Shown one piece after another: positions 40,680-50,436 of a stretch of 64,000 nt of DNA. A model generated the notes under the pieces. The model made no database searches. It worked only from the letters and a program-made list of their open reading frames with translations, and was not told where the DNA came from. Numbering within the stretch: the first letter of the stretch is position 1; every line of letters begins with the position of its first letter. Both the position numbers and the translations under genes were made by a program. Source of the DNA: Candidatus Multivoradales bacterium (GTDB lineage Bacteria > Acidobacteriota > Thermoanaerobaculia > Multivoradales > JAHEKO01); contig CBDCVR010000013.1 of the NCBI GenBank assembly GCA_965223155.1, forward strand, positions 800,001 to 864,000. Reading direction: 5' to 3'.

Positions 40680-41762
40680 TCAGACCGAAAGGATATCGCG
40701 GCTGTCCAGGCCGACCTCGGCGAAGCCGGCCAGCAACCGCTCGCGCAAGGCCGCCCGCTCGTCGTCGGCCGCAAAGGCATCGGCGGCCGCGTCCAGGGTC
40801 AAGGCCGCGAGGCCGGCGCCGCCGAGGCCGGCGAGGGTGCCGGAAGCCAGCAGCTCTCCGGCCAGGTCGCATCCGAAAAACTCCGGATCGTCTGTCGCCA
40901 CGGACCAGCGCGCACCCGCTCGGGCGAGCGAGCGCAGCGGATGGCTCGTCATCTCGTCTACGAGCCCAAGCTTGAGATTCGAAGTCGGACAGAGCTCGAG
41001 CGGCAGCTGGGCCTCGACCAGCTCGGCCACGAGATCGCCGTCCTCGACGCTACGAAAGCCGTGGCCGATTCGCCTCGGTGAACAGACCTCGAGCGCTTCC
41101 CGGACCGACGCCGCTCCCTCCTGCTCCCCCGCGTGAACCACGGTTCCCAATCCCTCGGCGGCGGCCACCCGGAAGTGCTCGCGAAACGGAGACGCCGGGT
41201 AGCTCTCCTTGCCGGCCAGGCCCAGACCGACGACATAGCGGCCGCGATGCTCGAGCGCCCATTCCAAGGTCCGGTCGGCCCAGGAGTAGTCGACGTTGCG
41301 GACAATGTCGGGAATCCAGCGGACTGAGATCCCCAGGTCGCGCTCGCCGCCGGCCACGGTCTCGGCCAGGGCGTCGGCGACCTCGTCCACGTTGGCCCCG
41401 TTGGCGGCGTGGGTGGACACCGTCAGGTACACCTCCGAGTAGACGATGTTCTGCGTGGCGCGCTCTGCCAGGAAGTCCCGAACCGCCATCTGAAAGTCCT
41501 CGGGATCCCGCAGGCACCGGGACACCGCGAGATATACCTCGACGAAGCGCTCGAAGCCGTCCACTTCGAACCATCGCCGGATCCCGGCTTCCGTGTCGGC
41601 GGGTAGGACGACTCCGCGCCGCCGGGCCAGGCGCAGCAGCGTGGCCGGCGCGATGGCGCCTTCGAGATGAACGTGCAGCTCGACCTTGGGCATCTTCCGG
41701 ACCTGCTCTTCGAGCGCGGGGTCCGGAACCGCAGGCTCCGCTCCGGCTGCTGTCCGGGTCAC
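40680..41762 (-). CDS. add: Adenosine/adenine deaminase
   Basis: PKVELHVHLEG, HAGE, RIGHG, CPTSN, TDDP. Confidence 0.88.
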   Translation of the reverse strand: MTRTAAGAEPAVPDPALEEQVRKMPKVELHVHLEGAIAPATLLRLARRRGVVLPADTEAGIRRWFEVDGFERFVEVYLAVSRCLRDPEDFQMAVRDFLAERATQNIVYSEVYLTVSTHAANGANVDEVADALAETVAGGERDLGISVRWIPDIVRNVDYSWADRTLEWALEHRGRYVVGLGLAGKESYPASPFREHFRVAAAEGLGTVVHAGEQEGAASVREALEVCSPRRIGHGFRSVEDGDLVAELVEAQLPLELCPTSNLKLGLVDEMTSHPLRSLARAGARWSVATDDPEFFGCDLAGELLASGTLAGLGGAGLAALTLDAAADAFAADDERAALRERLLAGFAEVGLDSRDILSV

Positions 41763-42256
41763 TCGCTGCGCTTGGCGGCCATGGCGGCCAGAGCCGCGGC
41801 GGGAACGAGACCTTGGAGCTGGCCGCCAAGGAAGAAGACTTCCTTGACCAGACGGCTGGACAGATAGATGTACTCGTCCTTGGGCATCAGGAACACGGTC
41901 TCGACGGCGTCATTCAGGCGCCGGTTCATCAGCGCCATCTGGAACTCGTACTCGAAATCCGAGACCGCGCGCAGGCCACGCACGATGACGCGCGCTCCGA
42001 TGTCGTCCATGAAGTCCACCAGCAGGCCCTGGAAGCTCTCCACCCGGCAATGCGGATGGCGGGCGACCTGCTCGCGGATGAGCTCGACGCGCTCGTCGAC
42101 CGAGAACAACGCTTCCTTGGTCTCGTTGTGGAGCACCGCCACGATCACTTCGTCGAAGAGGGGACAGCAGCGCTCGACGATGTCCAGATGGCCGTTGTGG
42201 ATCGGGTCAAACGACCCGGGATACACCGCGATGCGAGACGAATTCGGCGAGCTCAT
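41759..42256 (-). CDS. coaD: Phosphopantetheine adenylyltransferase
   Basis: YPGSFDPIHNGH, RGLRAVSDFEYE, LSSRLVKE. Confidence 0.95.
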   Translation of the reverse strand: MSSPNSSRIAVYPGSFDPIHNGHLDIVERCCPLFDEVIVAVLHNETKEALFSVDERVELIREQVARHPHCRVESFQGLLVDFMDDIGARVIVRGLRAVSDFEYEFQMALMNRRLNDAVETVFLMPKDEYIYLSSRLVKEVFFLGGQLQGLVPAAALAAMAAKRSE

Positions 42257-44484
42257 GGTAGGTGGCGGGAGAGATCGAACGTCACCACATTGTGGGCCGC
42301 ATCGGTAACGCGAAGCAAGACCATCTCGGGCGTGAGGGACCGAATCGGCAGGAGCACGGTCTCCCGCACCCCGTCCAGGAGCCCATCCGCCGCCGGCGCC
42401 GGCAGCCATGCCTCAGCGTCCATGCTGTAGAGCGCCTCGATCAGCGGATTGGCCGCATCCAAGACTTGCACGGTGAACGTGCCTGTGTCGGTACTCACCT
42501 TGCCCAGGGTCGGAGGCGTGTGATCCACGATCACGGGTTCGCTCACCTGCTCGGCGGAGAGCGCCGGCTCCAGGTCCTTGGCGGCGCGGTCCGCAACCTC
42601 GAGCTTGAACCGGTAGACCCCATCCGGCAGGGCGGTGGCGTCGAAGCTCCAGTACGAAGCCTCGAGGTCGTCCTCCATTAGCAGCCAACTGGCTCCGTCT
42701 TCGTCGCGGCGAAAGAACAACCGATACCGCAGGTCGTCCTTGTTGGGATCCTCGGCCTCCCAAGACAGGGTCCGGTAGCCCCTCTTCCACAACGTCTTGC
42801 CCTTGCGCTCCCTCGAGGGAGAGCTTGCCTTGAGCGGGGTGAAGATGCCATTGCGGTCAGGACGCGAGGGCTCGAAGGTGGTCGAACCGGCGCCGCCGGG
42901 AGGCGCGATGACCTCGCCCGGAGACAGAACCTCGAGCGACTTGATCCGCGGCCGGAGGTTCTGCTGCCGGTAGGAGACCGTAACCCTGCTGAGATCGGGA
43001 GAATCGCCGTTGGCCGAGGTCAGCTCGGCGCGCCACTGGAGGTACCGGCCGGGCGGAACCACCGCAAGCGACAGCTCGCTGCCGCCGGCTCGGGCCTCGC
43101 CCCCGCTCCAGGCCGACCAGGTTCGATCGGGGCGCGAGCTCATGCCGCTGCGATAGGAAAACCGGATCTCGGTGCCCTTGGGCCGCGCGCCCACCCAGCG
43201 CAGAGTGCCGAAATCGGCCACCGCCTCGGCGTCCAGAACCGGGCCGAGATAGGTTCCTACCCGCTCCGGCCGGCCCGAGGTCGCGAACAGAGCCGCTGAA
43301 TTCGTGGTGGCGTAAACCGGCCCCGAGGCGCCTCCCAACACAGCCACGACCTGACGCTCGTCAAGATCCTTTTCGAGCACCAGGGTGGTTCCCCGAAGGC
43401 CAAAGACCTTGCCCTCGAGACCGGTCCCGATCCAAAGCCGATCGTGGCTCCAGTGAAGCGCATACACGGTTTCGGCCTTGAAGCGCGCCACGCTATCGAC
43501 GGTGCCCTCGGCGCCGATGCGCAGGATCTCGGAGCGCGGCCCCTGGAAACCGGAAGGCCGGGTGCCGACCGCCGGGCCGCCGTGCGGCTCACCCTGCGAG
43601 GTCACCGTGACCCGCACCTCGCCGCCGCCGGATCCGGACTCCTCGCCCGTGTTCGCGGCGGCCCCGGGCGCCGGTCCGGCCGGCGGCAGCTGCTGCTTGG
43701 TCAGATCCACCCAGCTGGCTTCGGACGCGAGCACGGCTGCGTAGCAGGCGCCGTCTTCGCCCTCGGCGAACGCCACCACCTCGGGCTGCTCGGCGTCGTG
43801 GAGCGTCCGCACCTTACGCCCGCCCTCGCTCAGCCGCAGTACCAGGCCGTCGCCGGCCGTGCCCACGAGAACGTCACCGTCGGCCAGGATCTTGATGGTC
43901 CGCAAATGGGTGTCGGCGGAGTCGAAGAGCACTTCCCCGCCGCCATCGGGCCCGACCCGGAAGAGCTTGCCGCTGGTGCCCGTAGCGACCAGAAGCGAGC
44001 CGTCCGCAGCGCCCTCGATGTCCCAGATATACGTCTCCCCCGGCGAGAACAAGTCCTCTCCGGCTCCGTCGCGAATCCGGTAGACGCCGCCGTTGGGCGA
44101 GCTGCCGGCGTAGACCGTTCCATGGTCATCGGCCCATACCGCAAAGATCTCCGGCTCCGGCGCCACGAACAGAGTCTGGATCGAGCCGTCGTCGCCGACC
44201 AGCACGACCTTGCCGCCGTTGCCGGTGCCCACCACCCACCCGCGCGGGTGACGAGCCACGCTCAAGAGAAACGGCTCGCCGATCTCGGCCAGCCGGTCCA
44301 CGTGCTCGGCCAAGGACAGCTTCCCGAGCCGGTCGATGGCGATGCCCTCCAGGGTGCCCTCCAGGAACTCGGCCTGCGAGGCCATCTCGAAAAATCGGAC
44401 CTCTCCGGCCGCCCGCGCCGAGCTCGCCGGAAACGCCGCCAAGCCAGCCACCAAGAGGACCGCTACTCGTTTCGTGCCACGCAT
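42253..44484 (-). CDS. Secreted beta-propeller protein with C-terminal FN3/Ig-like domains
   Basis: Signal peptide; repeated 'G.V.AGT...G.V.R' blades; LSWEAEDPNKDDLRY...LPDGVYRFKL. Confidence 0.7.
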   Translation of the reverse strand: MRGTKRVAVLLVAGLAAFPASSARAAGEVRFFEMASQAEFLEGTLEGIAIDRLGKLSLAEHVDRLAEIGEPFLLSVARHPRGWVVGTGNGGKVVLVGDDGSIQTLFVAPEPEIFAVWADDHGTVYAGSSPNGGVYRIRDGAGEDLFSPGETYIWDIEGAADGSLLVATGTSGKLFRVGPDGGGEVLFDSADTHLRTIKILADGDVLVGTAGDGLVLRLSEGGRKVRTLHDAEQPEVVAFAEGEDGACYAAVLASEASWVDLTKQQLPPAGPAPGAAANTGEESGSGGGEVRVTVTSQGEPHGGPAVGTRPSGFQGPRSEILRIGAEGTVDSVARFKAETVYALHWSHDRLWIGTGLEGKVFGLRGTTLVLEKDLDERQVVAVLGGASGPVYATTNSAALFATSGRPERVGTYLGPVLDAEAVADFGTLRWVGARPKGTEIRFSYRSGMSSRPDRTWSAWSGGEARAGGSELSLAVVPPGRYLQWRAELTSANGDSPDLSRVTVSYRQQNLRPRIKSLEVLSPGEVIAPPGGAGSTTFEPSRPDRNGIFTPLKASSPSRERKGKTLWKRGYRTLSWEAEDPNKDDLRYRLFFRRDEDGASWLLMEDDLEASYWSFDATALPDGVYRFKLEVADRAAKDLEPALSAEQVSEPVIVDHTPPTLGKVSTDTGTFTVQVLDAANPLIEALYSMDAEAWLPAPAADGLLDGVRETVLLPIRSLTPEMVLLRVTDAAHNVVTFDLSRHLP

Positions 44485-44488
44485 CGAT

Positions 44489-46624
44489 TCACCTCTCTTG
44501 ATCCTTCGACCCGTCCGGAGGCTCCGTCCCCGCCGGACGAGCCGGCGGGCTGGTGGTCTCCGTGCCGCCGTCGCCGGCCTCGGCGGCCTGCGACGGTGCC
44601 GGCCCGCTCCGGCGCACCGAGGGAACCAGCGGGCGCGCGCGCTTCACCTCGAGATCGATCCTGGCCAAGCCCTCGAGCGGACGGTCGAGCGGCACGGTGA
44701 TCTCCTGGGTTACGGCCACGGGCAGGGGCCGGGCCTGGCGCGCGCCGGACGCCGTCCAGTAGGACCGAATCGAGCCCGGCAGGTCCGGCAGCACCTCGCC
44801 GCGCACCGCCAGCCCGGGGGCTGCCACGATCCCCAGCACCCGGAGCTCCGAGCGCGAATGAAGCGAGTTCAAGAACTCCACCGCTTGCTCGAAGCTGACC
44901 GGCTCGAACGGCTCGAAAGCCAGGCGGGCGGCGTCGGTACTCAGGCCGTCGCCCACCAGCAACGTGTACCGGCCCTCGGCCAGGTCGGTGGGGATGTCCA
45001 CCCCAACCACGCGCCGCTGCCGAGGCCCACGGTATTCGGCGAGATCCACGTACACCTGAATCCGGTCTCCGGGCCGCACCACGGTGCTCGAAGCATGCGC
45101 TTCCTCGAGCGCCAGGAGGCGAGGCGCTGGATGCGGCGTCAGATCGACTTGAATGCCCTCGATCGACACGTCCTCGAGACGGTTGTTGAGCACGTAGCTG
45201 ACGAACGTGAACATCTGTACCGCCGCGGTGATTCCCGAGCCGGCGCCGTCAAAGCTCTGCCGGAGCGCGAGCTCGCCCGCCTCTCCGAGATCGAACCGAA
45301 CGTCCAGATCAAGGCTCTCGAGAGCGATCGAAGGCGTGCCGGAGCTCAGCGCTCCCAAGAGGCCGATCGCGGCCAGCGAAGGCGTCACCGCGGGGATCCG
45401 GGCCAGCGACAAGGACAGGTCCCGGCGGGGCTCGCCGCCGATCGCGATCTGCATCGGCACGGTCGGCGCCCGGCGTCCGATCGTGCCGTGAATCCCGGTG
45501 TGGTGGTCGAAATCCACGGCGCCGACGACCTGACCCAGGTTGGCGAGCTTGAACGAGGTGACTTGATTCGAGACCACGGTCACGATCTCGGCCGGAGCCA
45601 TGGGGATCTCCACGGCGCCCAGTCCCAGGAAGGGATGTCCAAAGGCCAGCACCTGGGCACCCGAACGCTCGGTGACGGTTCCGGTAGCCGCCAGCTTGAG
45701 ATCACCATCGACCAGAACCGCGGCCACCGCCGTGCCCGCCGCCAGCAGATCCTCGCCGGCAGCGACCAAATTCTCATCGGCGCCACCGGCAGCCTCCGAA
45801 CCGGCCAGGCTCCCGAGAGCGGTCACGGCGCCCAGCTCGGTGCCCAGGAGCTCGCGGGCCGCCGGACCGAAGCCGCCCATCACCATCTGGACGGCGGCTG
45901 GCGCTTCGCCCAGAACGGGCGCCCGCAAACTCGCCAGGGACGCGCGCAGGAGCCGCTCCATCCGTGTCTCATCGTGCCCCTGCTCCAGGTGCTCCGGGTC
46001 TCCGGTACCCGCATGAAAGTCTTCGTCGTGCCGCCCGTCCAGGCCGGCCGGACCGATCGCATCTCCCAGGGCCGTGCCTGGCAAGAGGTCGGCAAGGCGC
46101 ACGGCCTCGGACCCCGGCCCGGCGCCGGCCGGCCGCGCGAGTCCGGTGGTCCCAAGCCGGGGAGCCAGAGCGATCGCGCGCATGCTGGCCGCCGGCGTGA
46201 TGCCGGCGATAGGCTCGTTCGCGAACGACCAACCGAACGAGACCGCGCCTAGGAGACGGCCGTCAACATACACCGGGCTTCCGCTCATCCCGGCGATGAC
46301 CCCCGTTTCCTCCAGGTTCTGTCCCTCGAGCCGGGCCAGGACGTAGGACAGCCCGGGCTGCAGGTTCTGGAGAACGCCGAGGACCTCTACCTCGAAGCGC
46401 TCGATCTCGTTGCCCGAAAAGACGCTGACGCCGTATCCGCGCTGACCCTTCCGGACTTCTTCGAGTGGCAGGATCGCCGTAGGCGAAGCGGCTTGCGCCA
46501 CAGGCAAGCCGGGAAGAACCGAGCCGGCCAGCGCCGTGATCGCTGCGAACGCCCCGAGCCGGGAGCCGTGCCGTCGGTTGCACACAAATCGATGCAACGC
46601 GGTGAGCCCAAAGCGCAATCGCAA
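44489..46624 (-). CDS. SpoIVB peptidase S55 domain protein
   Basis: GVIAGMSGSPVYVDGRLLGAVS; LAFGHPF. Confidence 0.82.
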   Translation of the reverse strand: MRLRFGLTALHRFVCNRRHGSRLGAFAAITALAGSVLPGLPVAQAASPTAILPLEEVRKGQRGYGVSVFSGNEIERFEVEVLGVLQNLQPGLSYVLARLEGQNLEETGVIAGMSGSPVYVDGRLLGAVSFGWSFANEPIAGITPAASMRAIALAPRLGTTGLARPAGAGPGSEAVRLADLLPGTALGDAIGPAGLDGRHDEDFHAGTGDPEHLEQGHDETRMERLLRASLASLRAPVLGEAPAAVQMVMGGFGPAARELLGTELGAVTALGSLAGSEAAGGADENLVAAGEDLLAAGTAVAAVLVDGDLKLAATGTVTERSGAQVLAFGHPFLGLGAVEIPMAPAEIVTVVSNQVTSFKLANLGQVVGAVDFDHHTGIHGTIGRRAPTVPMQIAIGGEPRRDLSLSLARIPAVTPSLAAIGLLGALSSGTPSIALESLDLDVRFDLGEAGELALRQSFDGAGSGITAAVQMFTFVSYVLNNRLEDVSIEGIQVDLTPHPAPRLLALEEAHASSTVVRPGDRIQVYVDLAEYRGPRQRRVVGVDIPTDLAEGRYTLLVGDGLSTDAARLAFEPFEPVSFEQAVEFLNSLHSRSELRVLGIVAAPGLAVRGEVLPDLPGSIRSYWTASGARQARPLPVAVTQEITVPLDRPLEGLARIDLEVKRARPLVPSVRRSGPAPSQAAEAGDGGTETTSPPARPAGTEPPDGSKDQER

Positions 46625-47323
46625 CTAGCCGCCTCCCTCCACAGAGATTTCCACAGAGTCTGCGGAAAAGCCGTCGGCGTCGAGCGCCTCCCGACCCACG
46701 AGACCGGCCAAGCGATCGCGCTCGAAGGCTCCCCACCGCAGGACCCGGACGCCATCTGCTCCGGGCTCGACCAGAGTCGAAGGCGGCCCCCCTTCGAGAG
46801 GCCCGCCATCCACCACCGCCGCTGGGCCGGGGGCCGTTTTCAACAGCGCCGCTACTGCCTCCGGATCCAAGCACGGCGGCTCGCCGCTCCGGTTGGCGCT
46901 GGTCGCAGTCATGGCCGCGCCGGTGCGGGCCAGCAGCTCGCGCAGCTCGGCATGCGCCGGCACCCGCACCGCCAGGGAACCGCCGCCGGCAGCCGCCGGC
47001 AACGGTCGCTCGACCGGCAACACCAGCGACAAAGGCGCCGGCCAGGCGCCGGCCAGGGTATCCGCGTAGCTGTCTTTCCTGATTCGCATTCCAAGCCCGG
47101 CGAGCCGCATCGTATCCGCAACCACCACCGGCAGGGGCATGCCGCGCGGCCGCCCCTTGAGAGCGTATACGGTCTCCACGGCCCCGGCGTTTTCGGGATC
47201 GACTCCCAGACCGTATGAGGACTCGGTCGGGAAGGCCACGACCCCGCCCGCGGCAAGAAGCTCCGGAAGCTCAGAGGCGGCGCGGCGCCACTCCCACCAG
47301 ACGACGTTCCCCGACCTATCCAT
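46625..47323 (-). CDS. tsaC: L-threonylcarbamoyladenylate synthase (YrdC/Sua5)
   Basis: FPTESSYGL, KGRP, AVRVP, TATSANRSG. Confidence 0.9.
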   Translation of the reverse strand: MDRSGNVVWWEWRRAASELPELLAAGGVVAFPTESSYGLGVDPENAGAVETVYALKGRPRGMPLPVVVADTMRLAGLGMRIRKDSYADTLAGAWPAPLSLVLPVERPLPAAAGGGSLAVRVPAHAELRELLARTGAAMTATSANRSGEPPCLDPEAVAALLKTAPGPAAVVDGGPLEGGPPSTLVEPGADGVRVLRWGAFERDRLAGLVGREALDADGFSADSVEISVEGGG

Positions 47324-47344
47324 GGCTCGGCCTCGGTCTCGCCC

Positions 47345-49087
47345 CTAGCCCGAGCCGGCGATGAGCTCGGCCGCATGCGATCGGGAAAGCTCGGTGATCT
47401 CCGAGCCCGCCAGCATTCTCGCGATCTCTTCGACGCGGGCGTCAGAGTCCAGAGCCTCGACGCAGATCCGGGTGCGCCCACCGGCGATTGCCTTACGGGC
47501 TTGAAAATGGAGATCGCCGAAGCTCGCCACCTGCGGCAAGTGCGTGACGACGAGAACTTGGCCGCCGTTCGAGAGACGGTGCAGTTTCGTCCCCAAGGCC
47601 GCAGCCTCGGCGCCGCCGATGCCCGCGTCCACCTCGTCGAAGACCAGTCCCGGGGCCGCGGTGCGCTCCGCGTTCGTGGACTCCCTCGAGCCAGGCGCAC
47701 CGTCCGAGCCGGCGGCCAGCTGCAGCGCTAGATAGAGGCGGGCCAGCTCGCCGCCCGAGGCGACCTTGGCCACGGGTCCGGCGGCTTCACCCGGGTTGGC
47801 CCTGAGAGTGAATACCACCCGGTCCGCGCCGGCTGCAGAGAACTCGACCGGAGTCCCTTCGAGCTCCACCGGCGAACCGGCCTTGGGCACGATCTCGAGC
47901 TCGACGTCAAACTCGGCCTTGCCCATCGCGAGATCCGTCAGTTCGCGATGCACGCGTTTGGCCAGGTCCGCGGACCATCCGTGCCGGGCCTTGGAGAGTC
48001 GCCGGGCGACCTTCGAGTAGTTCGCCACGGCCTCGGCCAGGCGCATCTGCAAGCCAGCGCGATCCTCCTCGTCGGCCTCCAGGTCGCCAAGCTCGTCTTC
48101 GATCGTGGCGAGGTAGGTCAGCGCCTCGGCCGACGACCCTCCGTACTTGCGGAACAGACGCTCCAGCAGCGCCAGCCGGTCCTCGAGCTCGTCCAGGCGC
48201 CCCGGCTCCAGATCCACCCGGTCCAGCTCGCCGCGCAGCTCCCCCACCAGGTCCTGAAGCTCGCCCTGAAGGCCGTCCAAGCGCTCTTGCCAGGCCCCGG
48301 CCTCGGGCAGCCAGGCACCCAGACCTTCGAGGAGCCGCCCGCACCGTCCGATGCGGTCGAAGGCCGAGCCCTCCTGATCGAAAAGCGAGCCGACCGATTC
48401 GCCCAAAGCCTCGCTGATGGCCTCGGCGTTGCGCAGCCGGTCCCGGTCGCGGCGCAGCTCGACCTCCTCGGCCTCGCGGAGGCCGGCGCTCTGGATCTCA
48501 CCGATCTGAAACCGCAGCAAGTCGATTCGCTCGAGCCGCAGTTTGTCGCTGCCCGTGGCCCGCCGCCAGCGTTCCAGGGTTCCAAGAAGGGTCTCGTGGG
48601 CGGTGCCGGTCTGTTCGAGGAGCGCCGCCGCCTCGGCTCCGGCGCTGGCATCCAGCCAGCGTCTCTGGAGCTCGTTCGAAACCAGCCCCAGCTCGTCCCG
48701 CTGGGTATGAATGCGGAGCAGATAGGGCGCCAGACGCGCGAGCAGGGCCAGCGTCACCGGCCGGTCGTCGAGGTAGACGCGGTTCCGTCCCGAACGGCTG
48801 ATCTCTCGGCGCACCACGACTTCGGCGCCGGGCTCGAAGCCCGCTTCCTCGAGCACCGCACGCCAGCCCGAGCCTCTTGGCTCGAACCGGCCGTCCACCG
48901 ACAGCGCCTCGGCATCGGCCCGGATGAGGTCGGTGCTGGCGCGCGCGCCCGCCAGCAGGCAAAGCGCATCGATCAAGAGGGACTTCCCGGCACCGGTCTC
49001 GCCAGTCAGGACGTTCAATCCCGGGCCGAACTCGACCGAGACGTCCTCGATGACGGCGAGGTTCCGAACGTGCAGCTCTCTCAGCAT
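47345..49087 (-). CDS. recN: DNA repair protein RecN
   Basis: LTGETGAGKS, ASGGELAR, FDEVDAGIGG, THLPQVA. Confidence 0.95.
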   Translation of the reverse strand: MLRELHVRNLAVIEDVSVEFGPGLNVLTGETGAGKSLLIDALCLLAGARASTDLIRADAEALSVDGRFEPRGSGWRAVLEEAGFEPGAEVVVRREISRSGRNRVYLDDRPVTLALLARLAPYLLRIHTQRDELGLVSNELQRRWLDASAGAEAAALLEQTGTAHETLLGTLERWRRATGSDKLRLERIDLLRFQIGEIQSAGLREAEEVELRRDRDRLRNAEAISEALGESVGSLFDQEGSAFDRIGRCGRLLEGLGAWLPEAGAWQERLDGLQGELQDLVGELRGELDRVDLEPGRLDELEDRLALLERLFRKYGGSSAEALTYLATIEDELGDLEADEEDRAGLQMRLAEAVANYSKVARRLSKARHGWSADLAKRVHRELTDLAMGKAEFDVELEIVPKAGSPVELEGTPVEFSAAGADRVVFTLRANPGEAAGPVAKVASGGELARLYLALQLAAGSDGAPGSRESTNAERTAAPGLVFDEVDAGIGGAEAAALGTKLHRLSNGGQVLVVTHLPQVASFGDLHFQARKAIAGGRTRICVEALDSDARVEEIARMLAGSEITELSRSHAAELIAGSG

Positions 49088-49150
49088 CCCAGGCGCCTCC
49101 GGACCGCCATCGGGGCTTGCTGAGAACGTCTCATCCCGGAGGCCGAGTTC

Positions 49151-49534
49151 CTAGTGATTCCAGGTTGTCGCCACGGCCTCCGGGTCCTCCTGGATGTGAC
49201 GCTCGAAGCAAAGAAAATCATAGTAGCCGCAGCGGGCTGTGCCCGGGAACTCGCGGCAGATCTTGGGCCGAGCCTCGTAGATCCCACACTGGCGCGTCTC
49301 GGGATCCAGAAATCTGCAGGCGGTCCCGAAATGCTCGTCCTCCCGATGACGCAAGATCCGTTCGCCCTTCTTTTCACCCTTCTTGGTGTACTTCTTACGA
49401 GCCTTGCCGACCGAGATCCCGAAATGCCGGGCCAGCCGGGCCAGGTCCTTCTTCTTGACTTCGATGTTGGCGTAGGTACAACAGTACGCTGGACAGTTGT
49501 TGCAGTTATAGAAGACGCGGGCACCGCTCGCCAT
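49151..49534 (-). CDS. YkgJ/UPF0153 family cysteine-cluster protein
   Basis: CNNCPAYCC...CRFLD...CGIYEARPKICREFP. Confidence 0.85.
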   Translation of the reverse strand: MASGARVFYNCNNCPAYCCTYANIEVKKKDLARLARHFGISVGKARKKYTKKGEKKGERILRHREDEHFGTACRFLDPETRQCGIYEARPKICREFPGTARCGYYDFLCFERHIQEDPEAVATTWNH

Positions 49535-49598
49535 CTGCCGATCTTATTCGCTTTCGCGCGCTCGTTCGCCCGGCGGCTTGCCGAGCCTCACGGCGGGT

Positions 49599-50297
49599 CT
49601 ACTGGCAGCAGTCGATCAGCGCCTGGAGGTCGTGCACCGTGATGTGGTGCTTCGGGTCCACGGAGACGAATTCCTTCTCCTTGAACTCGACCACAACCTG
49701 GTTCACTCGTTCGCGAGACGCTCCGACGAGGGACGCGAGGTCGGTCTGGGTCAGACGCAGAGGAATCCGAACGTCCTCCTTCTGCCCGGCCTGGCCGTAG
49801 CGCTGCGCGAACGCCAGCAGTTGACGGGCGACACGGCCTCTGACGTCGAGGCTGGACAGAGCCTGGATCTGTTCGTTGGCCAACCTCAGACGGCGGCTGA
49901 GCAACCGAACCAGGTTGTACGAGAGCTGATTATTGGTTCGGAGCGTCTGCAGGAAGGCCGCTCGATCCATGCCCAGGCAGACGCACTCTTCGAGGGTCAG
50001 CACGCTGGCCGAACGCCCCGAGCTGCCGATCATACCCATCTCGCCGAAGGTATCCCCCGGACCCAGGAACGCGAGGATCACCTCCGAACCATCGAGCTGA
50101 TCGACGTAGATCTTCACCGAGCCGTGCAGCATGATGTAGACGACCTCGCCCGGCTGAGCGACGGTGATGATGTTGGTCCCCGCCGGAAACGTCTTCCGGT
50201 GTAGGAGCTGTTCGTTGAGCCGGCGCAGGTCGGCCTCGGCGAGGCCCTCGAACAGGGTCAGGTTCGACAGGACGGAAAGCTCCTCAACAGCCGGCAT
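49599..50297 (-). CDS. Crp/Fnr family transcriptional regulator
   Basis: cNMP domain FGEM...RSASV; HTH LTQTDLASLVGASRERVN. Confidence 0.92.
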   Translation of the reverse strand: MPAVEELSVLSNLTLFEGLAEADLRRLNEQLLHRKTFPAGTNIITVAQPGEVVYIMLHGSVKIYVDQLDGSEVILAFLGPGDTFGEMGMIGSSGRSASVLTLEECVCLGMDRAAFLQTLRTNNQLSYNLVRLLSRRLRLANEQIQALSSLDVRGRVARQLLAFAQRYGQAGQKEDVRIPLRLTQTDLASLVGASRERVNQVVVEFKEKEFVSVDPKHHITVHDLQALIDCCQ

Positions 50298-50436
50298 CGA
50301 CGCGATTTCCTCCTTCTATGGTCCCGAGTTACGCTTGTTCGAGCGCTCCGCTCGAGGCGCTCCAATCAAGGATGTTCCGGTTCCGAGATTGTAGCACCGA
50401 GACGGCGCCTCCGGCGTCCCGACACCGCGGTCCACA

